DNA of 64,000 nucleotides from an uncultured virus (IMG/VR IMGVR_UViG_3300025789_000021) (Duplodnaviria > Heunggongvirae > Uroviricota > Caudoviricetes): IMG/VR virus record IMGVR_UViG_3300025789_000021, one strand, 5' to 3'. Made by a program: the position numbers and the translations under genes. The notes below the pieces were generated by a model. That model worked only from the letters and a program-made list of their open reading frames with translations. It made no database searches and was not told where the DNA came from. Of this stretch, positions 31,601-41,810 are shown piece after piece. Numbering within the stretch: the stretch's first letter is position 1; each line of letters opens with the position of its first letter.

Positions 31601-32057
31601 ACCAATTAGGGTTCGCCGGATCGTTCCATAAAACTGGAACGTTGCTCAAGTTCATACCGTCAATATCAGTGATATTTTGCGTCGTAGATACACTAACAAC
31701 CTTCAAATACCCCTGACCGGCTAGATTACGTTTTGGTACATAATTAACTAAGTTGGCCAATTTAATTACAGAATCTCGACGCTGTGCGGTATCAATAAAA
31801 TTTTCGCGCGCGTTTAGATCAGACCTAAACGCAAGACCCTGACCCATAAATGCCATGACGTCCAATAATGCAATGAATTCCGAAGATTCAATATAATCAT
31901 TGAATGTTTCCGGATAGTATACCTGCAAATAATCTATGAAACTCTTACGTAAGGTTTCATAGTCATAACTTTTAAAGTCAGCTTGGTTGAATGTCTGATA
32001 TAATGATTGCCAATCATTCGCTCCAAACAATGCAGATTTTCTTGAACTAGTTGCCAT
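28671..32057 (-). CDS. gp6: Baseplate wedge subunit (T4 gp6-like)
   Basis: DFKSYDYETLR, ARENFIDTAQRRDSV..LA..VNYVP, FGDGVF and ETLNDIK.RAP..Y.SQNRMV..EDY motifs. Confidence 0.85.
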   Translation of the reverse strand: MATSSRKSALFGANDWQSLYQTFNQADFKSYDYETLRKSFIDYLQVYYPETFNDYIESSEFIALLDVMAFMGQGLAFRSDLNARENFIDTAQRRDSVIKLANLVNYVPKRNLAGQGYLKVVSVSTTQNITDIDGMNLSNVPVLWNDPANPNWLNQMNTIFNATLIPVQSIGKPGNVKNILGVTTSEYAIQITPTSLPIIPFTSSVNGQNTNFELVSVTSLNEDYIYEIPPAPSGQFNMLYRNDMRGYGSPNTGFFFYFKQGTIQNFDFNLSQAISNQIVPIGSIENINNTDTWLYQFNNNGTRTPWIQVENVYANAHLQTESSKRLIFSVQSGTNDAVSYVFGDGVFSNIPVGNFRAYVRYGNALTYTIDPSEMSGISVAFTYIDNTGTPQTLTVGLALTTTVTNAQARETLNDIKQRAPLRYYSQNRMVNGEDYSNFPYTLYSSIIKSTAINRSSVGVSKNLDLLDPTGKYSSINSYGSDGALYQDDSNGFLSLVVSNTSDIITFFTNSLANVLRLNEANQYYIQNCTRYAINSSTNDGTVYWNASTVNAGSETGYLYNYINGVSAVNPLSIGVYSSTNVKYVTTGAICRFDSPPGYYFDHNARLVAGIPGSGDSTYIWATILNVIGDGSNNGIGNFANGAGPVTLSGYVPNGAILTSVIPVFGNIIPTTIIQECIIRMELKQNFTLVFNNSLLINQERWSISTYNDPNAFVQFTADANTNTYSITYKSLAYYFGSVSDTRFTFDTNSVIYDPYSGKILQDFINVLGINAGFNSSQPLGQNTPINVTGQPVQSDGYINDFQVRVSATDINNGNLILNPDFFNKITGYSNGSSNIGVYTFFETVIDPLNLTVKYIIPSSSVVYQYPTLSQIEVVKYQYPQGQLFYAYSENNFYKSYQDPTVLTQFYTMVPQVQYSMLPGRQGLAFQYRHNSNNTTRIDPVTTNIIDLYVVTQDYYTSYTNWIQDTTNTIPKPPLPTINELSQNYPKLQDYKMLSDSVILNSVVFKPLFGPKAEPALQGTINVVPASNTSASNSEIRSAVLTAINNYFDINNWNFGATFYFSELSAYLHAQCGDLISSAVLVSNDPSKPFGYLYEITCLPYEIFTNAAIANSIQVVPALSPSLLQIGYL

Positions 32058-32107
32058 TATTAACTCTCTTTATAAATATATTTATCATTGATAAAAAGAG
32101 GGTTTTG

Positions 32108-32557
32108 TTATTGTTGATATGCAGAATTGGTATTTTGATTGAAAAAAATTGTCAAGTTCTGGGGATTATTGAACGGAGTAATGGCTAACATTACTTCTAG
32201 TAGGATTCCATTTTCAGATGGGTAAGCCTGTATACTATTAATAATCATTCTTGGGTCTAAGCTCGCGACCCTTCTGATTTCATTCAATATAGCTTGTTGT
32301 GTATTTGAACTATTTGGTTCAAATATGAAATCCCAAATGTTTGTTCCATATGCAGGTTGACCGACTTTTGATCCCTTTCGTATATTAAGTGCATTCAGTA
32401 AATCTTGAACTACAAGCTGCTCGTCATACAATACAAATTTCTTTCCTGAAACCAAGGGACGAAGAAATGAGCCAGTCCCGTTATCTGCCCCATTTGGAAC
32501 ATTAGTGGTTTGTGGTCTGTTTGCATTAATTGAGCTATATCCGATATAAGTTGACAT
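32108..32557 (-). CDS. gp25: Baseplate wedge subunit (gp25/GpW-like)
   Basis: LVVQDLLNALNIRKG.K...P.YGT.IWDFIFEP...DPR motif; likely start ATG 32557. Confidence 0.85.
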   Translation of the reverse strand: MSTYIGYSSINANRPQTTNVPNGADNGTGSFLRPLVSGKKFVLYDEQLVVQDLLNALNIRKGSKVGQPAYGTNIWDFIFEPNSSNTQQAILNEIRRVASLDPRMIINSIQAYPSENGILLEVMLAITPFNNPQNLTIFFNQNTNSAYQQ

Positions 32558-32573
32558 GGTATTATTTATCTCC

Positions 32574-35500
32574 TCACGAACTAGTAATATCTGGCGGTGA
32601 TAATATATTTGGTCCCGTAATTCCAGATAGCGAATTATTAATATCAGCCTCATTAGGCGTTACTGATGACTGTAATGCTAACAACGAGTCTGAAGTCAAT
32701 GATTTCGCAGTTTGATTTATAGTAGCTACCGAAATACCCTGAGCATCATATGTAAGTGATTTTAAATCACTTACTGTTGAATTAATTGAACTTCCGATGC
32801 TACTTGATGTCAAGTCCGGTGCAACAGATTGCGCCGTTGAACCGATGAATAACTTATTAGTATTACTAATAACATCCAGCGATTTTGATAAGGAATTATT
32901 ATATGATTGTCCAGTAACAGAATTTAAAACACTCCCAAGCGTTGATGATATAGATTGTGTTGCGTCAGATGCTGTTGTAGTTGCAACACTAGTAGCATCA
33001 AGTGCATTATTAGCATTTGTTAGTGCATCAAGTTGATCTAACGATGATTTATACGCAGAGTCATTGACTAGTGTTATATATGCTTGATATGCCTGTTCAA
33101 TAGCAGGATCGCCATCGGGTAGATTTTGCTCAACTTTGTAATATGCATCCAAAGCATCTTGAATTTTAACCTGATATTGCGTTACTTGATCTTGAATTTT
33201 ATAGGCAGAATCTGCCTGATCAACAATTTGCTGATAAGCATCTTCTGCCCCAGATGGAATCTCACCAACCAAGCTGGGTGGCGGTATACCATTATCACCA
33301 AGAATATTTGTCATTTGTGCAGTTATTGTACTGCGGTCGGTAGTGTTAAATCCTACTGACGGTAGTTTTATTGATGATGTCCCACCAGCTATACTTGAAA
33401 TAGCTGATTGTAGTTGTGCTATAGCGCCAACCGACAGTCCTGCGCTTGCAAGTGCTGTCAGTCCATTGGCCTGTGATTGTAAACTTGAGACTAAAGAAGA
33501 TATTCCGCTTGACGGCAAATTCATGCCCATTGCGGCAGACTGTGCTTGATTAATCAAGCTGGTTAATTGTCCTGTTCCCGGTATAGAGTTTATTACTCCC
33601 TTTGCACGATTCAGGACTGATGCTACTGTATTGATGCCTCCCGGCAAATTGGATACTCCGGAGGCAGTGGCAGCGGAAAGTGATGCTGATGATCCTTGTT
33701 GTATTATTGACGCCGATGATGATAGAGAATTATAATCGCTTGAATTTGATGATGATGCCCCTGCAAGACTACTAATAGTATTAATTGCGGAAGTAACTCC
33801 TCCAATTGTCGGATTTAATGGTGACGAAATTGTTGATCGTTTGGTTATGTTGCCAGAAATTGTGTTTGCAATTGCAGTAATACCCCCAATGGTGGTAGTA
33901 ATAGAACTTGAACTCAATCCAGTCAATGAAGCAGACGTTGATAAGGCATTATTTACTTGATTAATTGATCCTGTCACCCCAGCAATGCTATTATTAATTA
34001 ATCCGGATACAGCATTCACTGATCCTAGCGCATTCGCTAAGGATGATGGTGAAGGGTTATTAGGAGATAGTCCCGTAACATTCCCGGCAATAGAACTTAA
34101 TGTGGATAATCCTGACTGCGATGGTATACCAGCTAATCCACTCAGTAATGATCCTCCCAGTTGAGTAGATTGGCTTGCAACCGTAGCTACTTTAGCTGCA
34201 TTTGCTTTGGCTATGGCATTTAAATTTTGTGGTATATTTGCTTGTAATGGAGTGAATGAATTTACAATGGCTTTAAATGCTGATGCTGATACTCCATCTG
34301 CCAAACTTAATAATCCGGACAAGTTAGGAGAATTACCCATCGCAGTTAGTGCGCTCGCTATACCACCTAACCCACCGATAGCCGTTGATGCAAAAACTGC
34401 GGCTGCACCACCAGAACCTATTGCGCTTAATGCACTCTGTACTTGATTCACTGATCCGTAGATTGCTCCACTAGCACTGTTAACTGCACCAGAAGCCGTA
34501 CCACTTATTGACCCTGCGGCACCTGATAATGCGTTGGATACCCCTGACAGCGCGCTGGATGCTCCATTTAATGATGTTAGTGCAGTTCCCGTTTTTCCAG
34601 TTACCTGTTGAATTGCTGCCAAGGTGGCATCTATTCCAACGGTAGACCCTGCTTGCACTAAGCCTGCTACTTGAGTAGCAGACTCGGTGCCAGATATTAC
34701 ACCGGCCATACCCAGTGCTGTTTGTGCTTGTTGCATGGTAGTGACTACCGCTGAAGCCTGTGCGGTTGGGTTTGATACCAAGTTTATCAAATTTTCTGCA
34801 CCGGATGTGCCAGTAAATATTGATGATGGCATTGCCTGTGTAATATTGGCTCCAGAATTTACGAGACTATTAATTAACGTATCTGATCCTGGTTTTATTA
34901 TTCCTGCACTTGCCAATTGGGATGGTGTAAGAGCAAATGAACCTATTGCGGCGACATTTCCGCTATCTGTGGCAACTACAGCAGAACCAAGTGTTACAGC
35001 AGAATTTAATGGGCCGTTTGATGCTGCCGTTGCTACAGCGGCAATCATTGCATTAGTGGTATCAGAATCAATTGCACCTGAGATTGCATTTACTGATGGC
35101 GCAGAAGATATTGTTGCTATATTTGGTGGTTTTGCTGCCGGAGGATCGCCTGCTAATGCTGGGGTATTACTGGTGAGTCCGGGAGTTCCTCCTTGTCCAC
35201 CGCCTGATAGTGCTGCTTGATTGGTTTGTTGAACAGATGGATTCGGTGATGATGGGAGATTTGATCCTGCATCCATACTATTCTTTATATCAACTCCTTG
35301 ACCGGCATTTGCCCATGGGGCATGGGATGGTGCTCGCGAAGCAATAGTTAATAGCTTACCGGGGGCGGCGGCGAAACCTTTATCTGGATCATGTAATGTA
35401 TCAGTCTGAGCAATTAGCGGAATAATTGGAACTTCTTCTGGATTTGTACTTGGTGAACCGCTGTTTAAATTAACCTTTGACCCATTAATATATGTATCAC

Positions 35501-36698
35501 CAGCGCCGACTAGCGAGGCTTCTGCGCCAGAACTAAATGCAATTGCATCCTTTATTTTAGCTGTAAACTTTTGCAAAGAAGTTATCAGAAAGTCTTGACC
35601 TGAACGAAATTTAGTTTTTTCTTCAGAGTTGAATTGTATATTTTTAGCTTGTACTCTAAAATTTTCCATTGCCTGAATATTAACATCGCGGTCGGCGTGA
35701 AGGTTGATATCACCCTGTGTTCTCATATTAACAGAGTTTGTGGTAAATATATCTACTGTTCCTTCTTTACCCAATTCAATATATGATTGTCCATTTGAAT
35801 GTAATAACATTAATGTTTGACCATCATCACTCATCATCAATTGATGACCCAAAGATGTCCGTATATGTATACCTTGGTCTTTTCCAACAACGTCACCATC
35901 GTCCATTGTAATGCTATGTCCCGTTCTCCGAGACACTACTTGTAGTTGCTGTGGGTTTGCAGTTGCTAAATTTTGTGGTAGAGTAGCGTCATCATACCCT
36001 CCACTATAAATTGGTCTACCGGGCGAATTAACACCCCACCCAACACGACTGGGAGACTCGCGAGAAGCACTTGATGATTTTGGTCCGCGCACTGTGTCTC
36101 TTACTGTTCCCTGTTGCGTATGGATCGCTGCTGAATAGCTATGAACTGGTCTGGGTGTGGAATTAAATTCTGCACTATCAGTTGTTGCAGCGTCATTGGT
36201 ATTCATATTAGTCACGGGTAGACGAGTAGAACCGCCTAAACTGTTTGCTTCACCATTATTGGCAACAATATTATCTGATGTACCAATTGATGGGATGGAG
36301 TGCATCGCCTCTGCGTCATGAGCAACTCCAATGTAATATCCATAATTTACGTCGCCATTAATAAAAATTACGACGACTTTACTGCCGATTTCAGGAGGAG
36401 AATTTGTTTGACCAAATGAACTAGGGTTATTTTTATATGAACCCGTCCCCGTATTACCCCCGGATGCTCCTGTAGTTCCGCCAAATGGACTCAGGTAACT
36501 TACTGTTAGCCAATTTGATGAATCATCCGAGTCTTCTGGCGTTTTGTCACCGAGAAGAACTCTGATTCTTCCTGAATTATTTGGATCAATATTATCCTTA
36601 ACCGTTGCAAGGATAGGATACATTTTGGTGTCACCACCACCCACACTTGGATTAGCTGATTTTAGTTTACCTTTTAATTTTGAAATATTTTGTGCCAT
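32574..36698 (-). CDS. Baseplate hub / central spike (gp5/VgrG-like) with a long Ala/Ser/Gly-rich extension
   Basis: OB-fold V.DN.DP..SGRIRV, PPEIGS.V.V.F.NGD, RTSLGHQ..M.D and beta-helix repeats ending in KVNLNSG. Confidence 0.75.
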   Translation of the reverse strand: MAQNISKLKGKLKSANPSVGGGDTKMYPILATVKDNIDPNNSGRIRVLLGDKTPEDSDDSSNWLTVSYLSPFGGTTGASGGNTGTGSYKNNPSSFGQTNSPPEIGSKVVVIFINGDVNYGYYIGVAHDAEAMHSIPSIGTSDNIVANNGEANSLGGSTRLPVTNMNTNDAATTDSAEFNSTPRPVHSYSAAIHTQQGTVRDTVRGPKSSSASRESPSRVGWGVNSPGRPIYSGGYDDATLPQNLATANPQQLQVVSRRTGHSITMDDGDVVGKDQGIHIRTSLGHQLMMSDDGQTLMLLHSNGQSYIELGKEGTVDIFTTNSVNMRTQGDINLHADRDVNIQAMENFRVQAKNIQFNSEEKTKFRSGQDFLITSLQKFTAKIKDAIAFSSGAEASLVGAGDTYINGSKVNLNSGSPSTNPEEVPIIPLIAQTDTLHDPDKGFAAAPGKLLTIASRAPSHAPWANAGQGVDIKNSMDAGSNLPSSPNPSVQQTNQAALSGGGQGGTPGLTSNTPALAGDPPAAKPPNIATISSAPSVNAISGAIDSDTTNAMIAAVATAASNGPLNSAVTLGSAVVATDSGNVAAIGSFALTPSQLASAGIIKPGSDTLINSLVNSGANITQAMPSSIFTGTSGAENLINLVSNPTAQASAVVTTMQQAQTALGMAGVISGTESATQVAGLVQAGSTVGIDATLAAIQQVTGKTGTALTSLNGASSALSGVSNALSGAAGSISGTASGAVNSASGAIYGSVNQVQSALSAIGSGGAAAVFASTAIGGLGGIASALTAMGNSPNLSGLLSLADGVSASAFKAIVNSFTPLQANIPQNLNAIAKANAAKVATVASQSTQLGGSLLSGLAGIPSQSGLSTLSSIAGNVTGLSPNNPSPSSLANALGSVNAVSGLINNSIAGVTGSINQVNNALSTSASLTGLSSSSITTTIGGITAIANTISGNITKRSTISSPLNPTIGGVTSAINTISSLAGASSSNSSDYNSLSSSASIIQQGSSASLSAATASGVSNLPGGINTVASVLNRAKGVINSIPGTGQLTSLINQAQSAAMGMNLPSSGISSLVSSLQSQANGLTALASAGLSVGAIAQLQSAISSIAGGTSSIKLPSVGFNTTDRSTITAQMTNILGDNGIPPPSLVGEIPSGAEDAYQQIVDQADSAYKIQDQVTQYQVKIQDALDAYYKVEQNLPDGDPAIEQAYQAYITLVNDSAYKSSLDQLDALTNANNALDATSVATTTASDATQSISSTLGSVLNSVTGQSYNNSLSKSLDVISNTNKLFIGSTAQSVAPDLTSSSIGSSINSTVSDLKSLTYDAQGISVATINQTAKSLTSDSLLALQSSVTPNEADINNSLSGITGPNILSPPDITSS

Positions 36699-36703
36699 AT
36701 TTT

Positions 36704-39433
36704 TTATCCATATGCTCCAGCACCACCGAATCCACCAGTAAGTATGTCAGAATTAGAAGGTATGTTTTGTGGAGGGTCTTTTACGGTTCCAGTAGTCTTA
36801 GTTGTAGATTTTGTTTTTTTAGGTGCTTTACCCGTTTTGTTAGCTCCAATTAACTCCGCCAAATTAGTGGCACCGTTCATTTGAATTTCTTGTTCAAATA
36901 CACCATTATTAAACATGCTAGTAACAGATGTTACATAGTATGGCATGCCTTGTATTAAGGGATTTCCATAAACATCGGTAGCTTGTGCAAGTTCTTTGGG
37001 AATAGGAAAGAAATATATACTATCATTTAAACTCATTGTGCCAGACGTATTATCATAATCAATAGCTTCTACTATATCCACTTCAATTATTACCTGAGAT
37101 GCTTGTGAATTAATTTGATGTTTTTTTGATTGATAATACTTTGAATATACAGCATCTGGGGAGTTCGCATTCGGATTTATCAAGAAATCAGGATCACCAA
37201 AAATTTTTAGATGTGCTTTAGTATATGCACCAGAATTATTTAAAGACGTAATATAATCATTTTGCGATTCTAGCGCCGGTCCTTTCCCGCCTGTTCTAGA
37301 TTCGCTGGTTTGTTTTCCCGGCACCCGAGGAGTATCGGTAGGATCACTAATATCCGGTGAACTAGTACCATCACTATTTTGTTTTGTTTTATCCGTCTCA
37401 TCTGGAATTTGAGTAACAGTCTGAATATAATCATTATCAAATGCCAATGAAAATTCTTTTACTTCTGTGTTTTTACCAGTATACCAGTATTTATATCGTT
37501 TATATGGACCTGGATAAGTTGTTCCAGTTTTCTTATTTGCATATATACTATCATTTACTGGAGTATCATACTCCGTAATTACATAGCATATATCATACGC
37601 CCATGATTTCGTTTTATTATCCCATTGAGGATTTGTTACTTGAGGAGTAACATTAAACCAACTTATTTGTGGATTGTTCCCTCCGGGCTGCTGATTTAAA
37701 TCGCCTTTGTCAGGATTAGCTTGGATATCACTATCATAAATAACCTTTAGTGCATCTCTTAAATAACTGCTTTGTTGAATAATATTGTTGATTCCTTGCA
37801 ACAATGCCATCCCATGTCCAATATGAATTGTTCTGGATTTGTTGTTTGGTTTAGCTTTAGCTGCAGTTTTAGGATTAGATGCTTTTGTACTAGTTGCACC
37901 ACTACCGGCCCATTTTGATTTATCCAAGTCAGCAGGAGAAACAATAGTTGCATTCTGAATTCTTTCTGTTCCCGGTTCCCATCTGATGGAATAATTGTTT
38001 CCAATCGTTCTGCTGTTATTTTTTACTTGTTTTTTATGTGCTTTTGTTTGATTGGCCATCAATTGGTTTATCGCATCGGAGACCGTGTTTGCTGTTATTG
38101 ACTGAGTATCGAGTGTAGTGCCATTGGCAGTACCTAATCCCACACTGTGTCCAGTTGGCGTGGCTGCGAAATGATATCGTGCAGGGCTACCATCCAAGGT
38201 GAATTTCATACGATTAATAGTTAAATCAATATAATATTGAAAAGTATCCACTGGATCGGCATTTACTCCACTTGGGTCAAGTATACCACCATCAAAAGGG
38301 GAATTACTTAGCATTATGTTCCCATTAGCATCATATCCTATGAATTCAATTCCCAACACATAGTGAAATCTTAATGCATTGTTAGGTAATGATATGCCAG
38401 ATTTTGAGTTCTTCTTAGCCTGTTTGCCTAGTGTTTCGCAAGTCTTTCTTAACTTAGTACCAAAAGAAAATCCATATGGTTCAACAATGTCAAAAGTTAT
38501 TGTGTGTTCCTGTGCTGATGCTCCAGTACCTTTTGAGCTAATAATACTCTCTATCTTTAAATTATCAATATAATAATCAAGATCAAAATATGGAGCGCGA
38601 GTAGCGTTTTGATTATTAACTCCTCCAGACTGAGCTAATAAAAATGCCCCCTGATTGTCCTTGAGATTTGGGTTATCCGGATTTGAACTATTATTTACTG
38701 CATCTCTTAGTGCATTTACATTCTTATTCCCACTCTTTACGAATGCGGTATATGCATCCGGACTTAATATATATAAACTTAGTATGTAGTTATAACTTGA
38801 AAATTGTCCTAATGGATTTTGCAATCTTTTACCCGGTAAAGTATTATCGCTTCCATTATTGTTTACTGTCGTGACATTTTCAGCATTGCTATAGTTGAAT
38901 TCTGGTAGTAATTCTTCATCTCTTGGCAATGCTGGAACATCCGTTGGAGGTATAATTGGTCCATTTGCGTCTGGAATAGTACCGGCAGGATTTGATGAAA
39001 TGTCACCACTGTCATCATTTACTGAACCGGTCGCGGATGGAGGAGGAGGCGCGAGTGGTGTTTCCATTGGGGGCACTAAAGGTGCGGGTTTTAGAGTTTG
39101 TGTTTGGTCAATCAATGCTCGTAAATCACTGTTACCATTACTGGTTAGATAATTACTAGCATCAGTTGCGGCGGCCAAAATTTGCTGTGCTGATTGTATT
39201 TGTTCTGGAGTAGATGCTGGATTGTTAATGACTCTTTGCGCGTCTCTAATTTTTCTGTTTAACTGATCCTGTGCTTCGCTTAACGCAGCACCAGTATTGT
39301 ATCCAGATGGTTCAAAAACAGAAGCAAACGTTTGTCCAGTGGAACTATCAGCCACTGTTATCGTAATTGATCCGGAAGAATCTACTGAATATCTGATATA
39401 AGTATTGCCTACTGTTACAGTATTACTTGCCAT
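36704..39433 (-). CDS. Baseplate hub / tail protein (putative, gp27-like position)
   Basis: 909 aa between gp53-like and gp5-like genes; FDIVEPYG and LKIFGDP motifs. Confidence 0.55.
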   Translation of the reverse strand: MASNTVTVGNTYIRYSVDSSGSITITVADSSTGQTFASVFEPSGYNTGAALSEAQDQLNRKIRDAQRVINNPASTPEQIQSAQQILAAATDASNYLTSNGNSDLRALIDQTQTLKPAPLVPPMETPLAPPPPSATGSVNDDSGDISSNPAGTIPDANGPIIPPTDVPALPRDEELLPEFNYSNAENVTTVNNNGSDNTLPGKRLQNPLGQFSSYNYILSLYILSPDAYTAFVKSGNKNVNALRDAVNNSSNPDNPNLKDNQGAFLLAQSGGVNNQNATRAPYFDLDYYIDNLKIESIISSKGTGASAQEHTITFDIVEPYGFSFGTKLRKTCETLGKQAKKNSKSGISLPNNALRFHYVLGIEFIGYDANGNIMLSNSPFDGGILDPSGVNADPVDTFQYYIDLTINRMKFTLDGSPARYHFAATPTGHSVGLGTANGTTLDTQSITANTVSDAINQLMANQTKAHKKQVKNNSRTIGNNYSIRWEPGTERIQNATIVSPADLDKSKWAGSGATSTKASNPKTAAKAKPNNKSRTIHIGHGMALLQGINNIIQQSSYLRDALKVIYDSDIQANPDKGDLNQQPGGNNPQISWFNVTPQVTNPQWDNKTKSWAYDICYVITEYDTPVNDSIYANKKTGTTYPGPYKRYKYWYTGKNTEVKEFSLAFDNDYIQTVTQIPDETDKTKQNSDGTSSPDISDPTDTPRVPGKQTSESRTGGKGPALESQNDYITSLNNSGAYTKAHLKIFGDPDFLINPNANSPDAVYSKYYQSKKHQINSQASQVIIEVDIVEAIDYDNTSGTMSLNDSIYFFPIPKELAQATDVYGNPLIQGMPYYVTSVTSMFNNGVFEQEIQMNGATNLAELIGANKTGKAPKKTKSTTKTTGTVKDPPQNIPSNSDILTGGFGGAGAYG

Positions 39434-39434
39434 T

Positions 39435-39764
39435 TTATACTCCCAAAACTTCTCTCAATGTAGCCAGAGTAGGTATATATATCCCCGTGCCTGCTGTAAA
39501 TTTAAAGTATGGATCGGGTCCTAAGGTATTAGGATTTCTCCCAGCAAACACCCACCAAAGTTTTGAATCGTTATACAAATCATATGCTAATAAATCAGGT
39601 CTATATTCATATGTTTGAGTTATAATCATATATACGTCCGTAGGATTCAGTGGAATAGTCCTATATACCAGTAAATCCAAATATTTATTATTAATTATAT
39701 CTGTATTATAGTAAGGGCTTGAAGCAGGGTATATTACCTGATTAGATGATTTTGTAGAACTCAT
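39435..39764 (-). CDS. gp53: Baseplate wedge protein (gp53/LysM-like)
   Basis: YEYRPDLLAYDLYNDSKLWWVF motif; ATG 39764 lies in a TAATG overlap. Confidence 0.8.
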   Translation of the reverse strand: MSSTKSSNQVIYPASSPYYNTDIINNKYLDLLVYRTIPLNPTDVYMIITQTYEYRPDLLAYDLYNDSKLWWVFAGRNPNTLGPDPYFKFTAGTGIYIPTLATLREVLGV

Positions 39765-41740
39765 TACCAAATTCCCGTATTGATACTATTTTGCTCATTA
39801 ATGGATGGAAACAATCTTCCACTTGAATAATCCCTGAGACTAAATTTGTTTGAAATATCATTTCTACTGACCATGGGAACAGCGATGATTTGCATTTGTA
39901 TTTTTGTCGGTACCCAAGTGGTAGGAACATTTGCCGTTTTTGGTGTAGCAGGAAATACTGGAGGTGCACCAATACCCCCTTTACTGACATTTGCAGGAAG
40001 GCGACTTGCACTCTGACTTCCACCCCCGGTTGTTCTTTTATTATTTACGATAGATTCAGGAATTCCTGCGGCAGAAGGCGCAGTTGTCATGATGTAATCC
40101 ACATCTGGTGGCAAAACGTACCCAAATGACTGTATTGCTAATGGATGATTATCAAACTGCCAGCCACCGAAACCGTGTAGATAGCACAATGGGGGAGGAG
40201 TTCCATTTTTCGGATTATCATCCTGTCCATAAAACATTTTAGTAACTGATTTAAAAAAATGAATAACCGCCAACAAATAATTGGCTTCAAATGTGTCTTG
40301 TGCAGTAAACTCTGCAGTTATATTTATAGAATCAACGTAGCTACTTTTGTATTGATATATTCTATAGTTACTGTGTGTCAGTGTTTGTGGTTGATAGTCT
40401 GCTGCATAATTTACACTAATACCTGGTGTATACGGAAATATAACTCCGTTTGTTTGTACTAAGGGTTCTAATATACCCGGTTCAGAAGCCATATACAAGT
40501 AGTCAGCATCTGATGCTAAAGTAAGACGTACTCGCCAATCTACTGCTGATGTATAATTGCTTTGGACTTGTGCCGTTGCTTGTCCCTGTGTGGTGGCCTT
40601 AAGTCCCGTAGGCGCAGTTACTGTCAAGGAACCATCTGGGTTTGTTGTCGCTGCATTTCCTGGCCCGGTATACGTATATCCTAATTGATCTGCACGTGCT
40701 CGCTGATCTCCCGGACTCAAAGATGCTACTTGTTCCGGTGTTAAATTTGGATCATATATATCTGAAATATCATTACCTAGCGGTAAAGGTATATTTTGTG
40801 GTTCCTGAATAGGTGGAGGCGGTGGATCACTCAATGCAGCATCATTGATTTGTCCTATTGGTGTTGATTCAGCTATGGTTACTACGGGTTCTGGTGTTTT
40901 TGTTAAATCATTATTAATATTGAGTGCAGCATCATTGATTTGTCCTATTGGTGTTGATTCAGCTATGGTTACTACGGGTTCTGGTGTTTTTGTTAAATCA
41001 TTATTAATATTGAGTGCAGCATCATTGATTTGTCCTATTGGTGTTTGAATGATGGAATTATCCGGATTAGGTGCTCCGCCTTCATCAGGATTCCATGGCA
41101 CCGGTTCAGAAATTATTGCTGGGCCTGGTAACATGGACGAATCGGTTAATGTTAATACCTTGACTATAGAAGTTTGATTAGCTATTTCATCTTGTGCGAT
41201 TGTTTGTTGCGCTTCAACATTACTGTTTCCGACTCTGCTTGTGTTGTAAGCATCTAATTCTTTGGGATCGATCGGTGGCGCGCCGTAATAGATTTGACCT
41301 GTATCAGGATTTACTTTCTGATAATTGGCAAGTCCGTCTATCTGATCTGGTGGGATGTTAGTTGTTTGCGCCTCAATTAATTGTGGTGGATTACCAGATG
41401 AAGACAGTGAATTTGGATCAGTACCGGACGTTGCTTGTGTTATTATGGATTTATTTACAGATTGAGCAGCTATACCTAAATTTGAAATAACAGATAAGGC
41501 TTGCTCTTTTGGGAGATTTATAATGGATTGTCCGATTTGTATTGTTGATGTGGCACTGCTTATACCAGTGGTACTGTCCGGGGGATTGGTAACAGTTATA
41601 TTTGATATATCATTTTCAGAAAGACCAGATATGGTTTGTCCATTAATTGTTACTGCATATGTAGTTGGTGCAGAATCAGGGTCTGGAGTTGTGCCAGTTA
41701 TAGTCGCTGTTGGGGTTATATATCTGGTTGCAGTTGGCAT
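39764..41740 (-). CDS. Baseplate / tail-tube initiator protein (gp48/gp54-like C-terminal domain) with low-complexity N-terminus
   Basis: DWRVRL...GVIFPYTP...LTHSNY...PPPLCYLHGFG; first gene of the baseplate operon. Confidence 0.6.
   Translation of the reverse strand: MPTATRYITPTATITGTTPDPDSAPTTYAVTINGQTISGLSENDISNITVTNPPDSTTGISSATSTIQIGQSIINLPKEQALSVISNLGIAAQSVNKSIITQATSGTDPNSLSSSGNPPQLIEAQTTNIPPDQIDGLANYQKVNPDTGQIYYGAPPIDPKELDAYNTSRVGNSNVEAQQTIAQDEIANQTSIVKVLTLTDSSMLPGPAIISEPVPWNPDEGGAPNPDNSIIQTPIGQINDAALNINNDLTKTPEPVVTIAESTPIGQINDAALNINNDLTKTPEPVVTIAESTPIGQINDAALSDPPPPPIQEPQNIPLPLGNDISDIYDPNLTPEQVASLSPGDQRARADQLGYTYTGPGNAATTNPDGSLTVTAPTGLKATTQGQATAQVQSNYTSAVDWRVRLTLASDADYLYMASEPGILEPLVQTNGVIFPYTPGISVNYAADYQPQTLTHSNYRIYQYKSSYVDSINITAEFTAQDTFEANYLLAVIHFFKSVTKMFYGQDDNPKNGTPPPLCYLHGFGGWQFDNHPLAIQSFGYVLPPDVDYIMTTAPSAAGIPESIVNNKRTTGGGSQSASRLPANVSKGGIGAPPVFPATPKTANVPTTWVPTKIQMQIIAVPMVSRNDISNKFSLRDYSSGRLFPSINEQNSINTGIW
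40835..41045. repeat. Exact 90-bp tandem repeat (about 2.3 copies)
   Basis: tgcagcatcattgatttgtcctattggtgtt starts at 40835, 40925 and 41015; encodes TPIGQINDAALNINNDLTKTPEPVVTIAES. Confidence 0.9.
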
Positions 41741-41771
41741 AATTTTCCTTTGATAAATACTTTCCTAATTG

Positions 41772-41777
41772 TATTTA
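41772..41777 (-). promoter_or_regulatory. Late (gp55-type) promoter core TAAATA for the baseplate operon
   Basis: TAAATA recurs before structural genes: minus strand 6374, 10874, 32079, 41772, 48696; plus strand 48682, 53344, 55179, 55485, 59603, 61684, 62871. Resembles T4 TATAAATA. Confidence 0.7.
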
Positions 41778-41810
41778 TCGCACAAAAATACCCGATTTTT
41801 TACCCATAAC

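Noticed and set aside
40835..41045. Direct repeats (also 7697-7830 and 50413-50479) as a CRISPR array
   Set aside because: They are head-to-tail, in-frame coding repeats with no unique spacers, and no cas genes are present.
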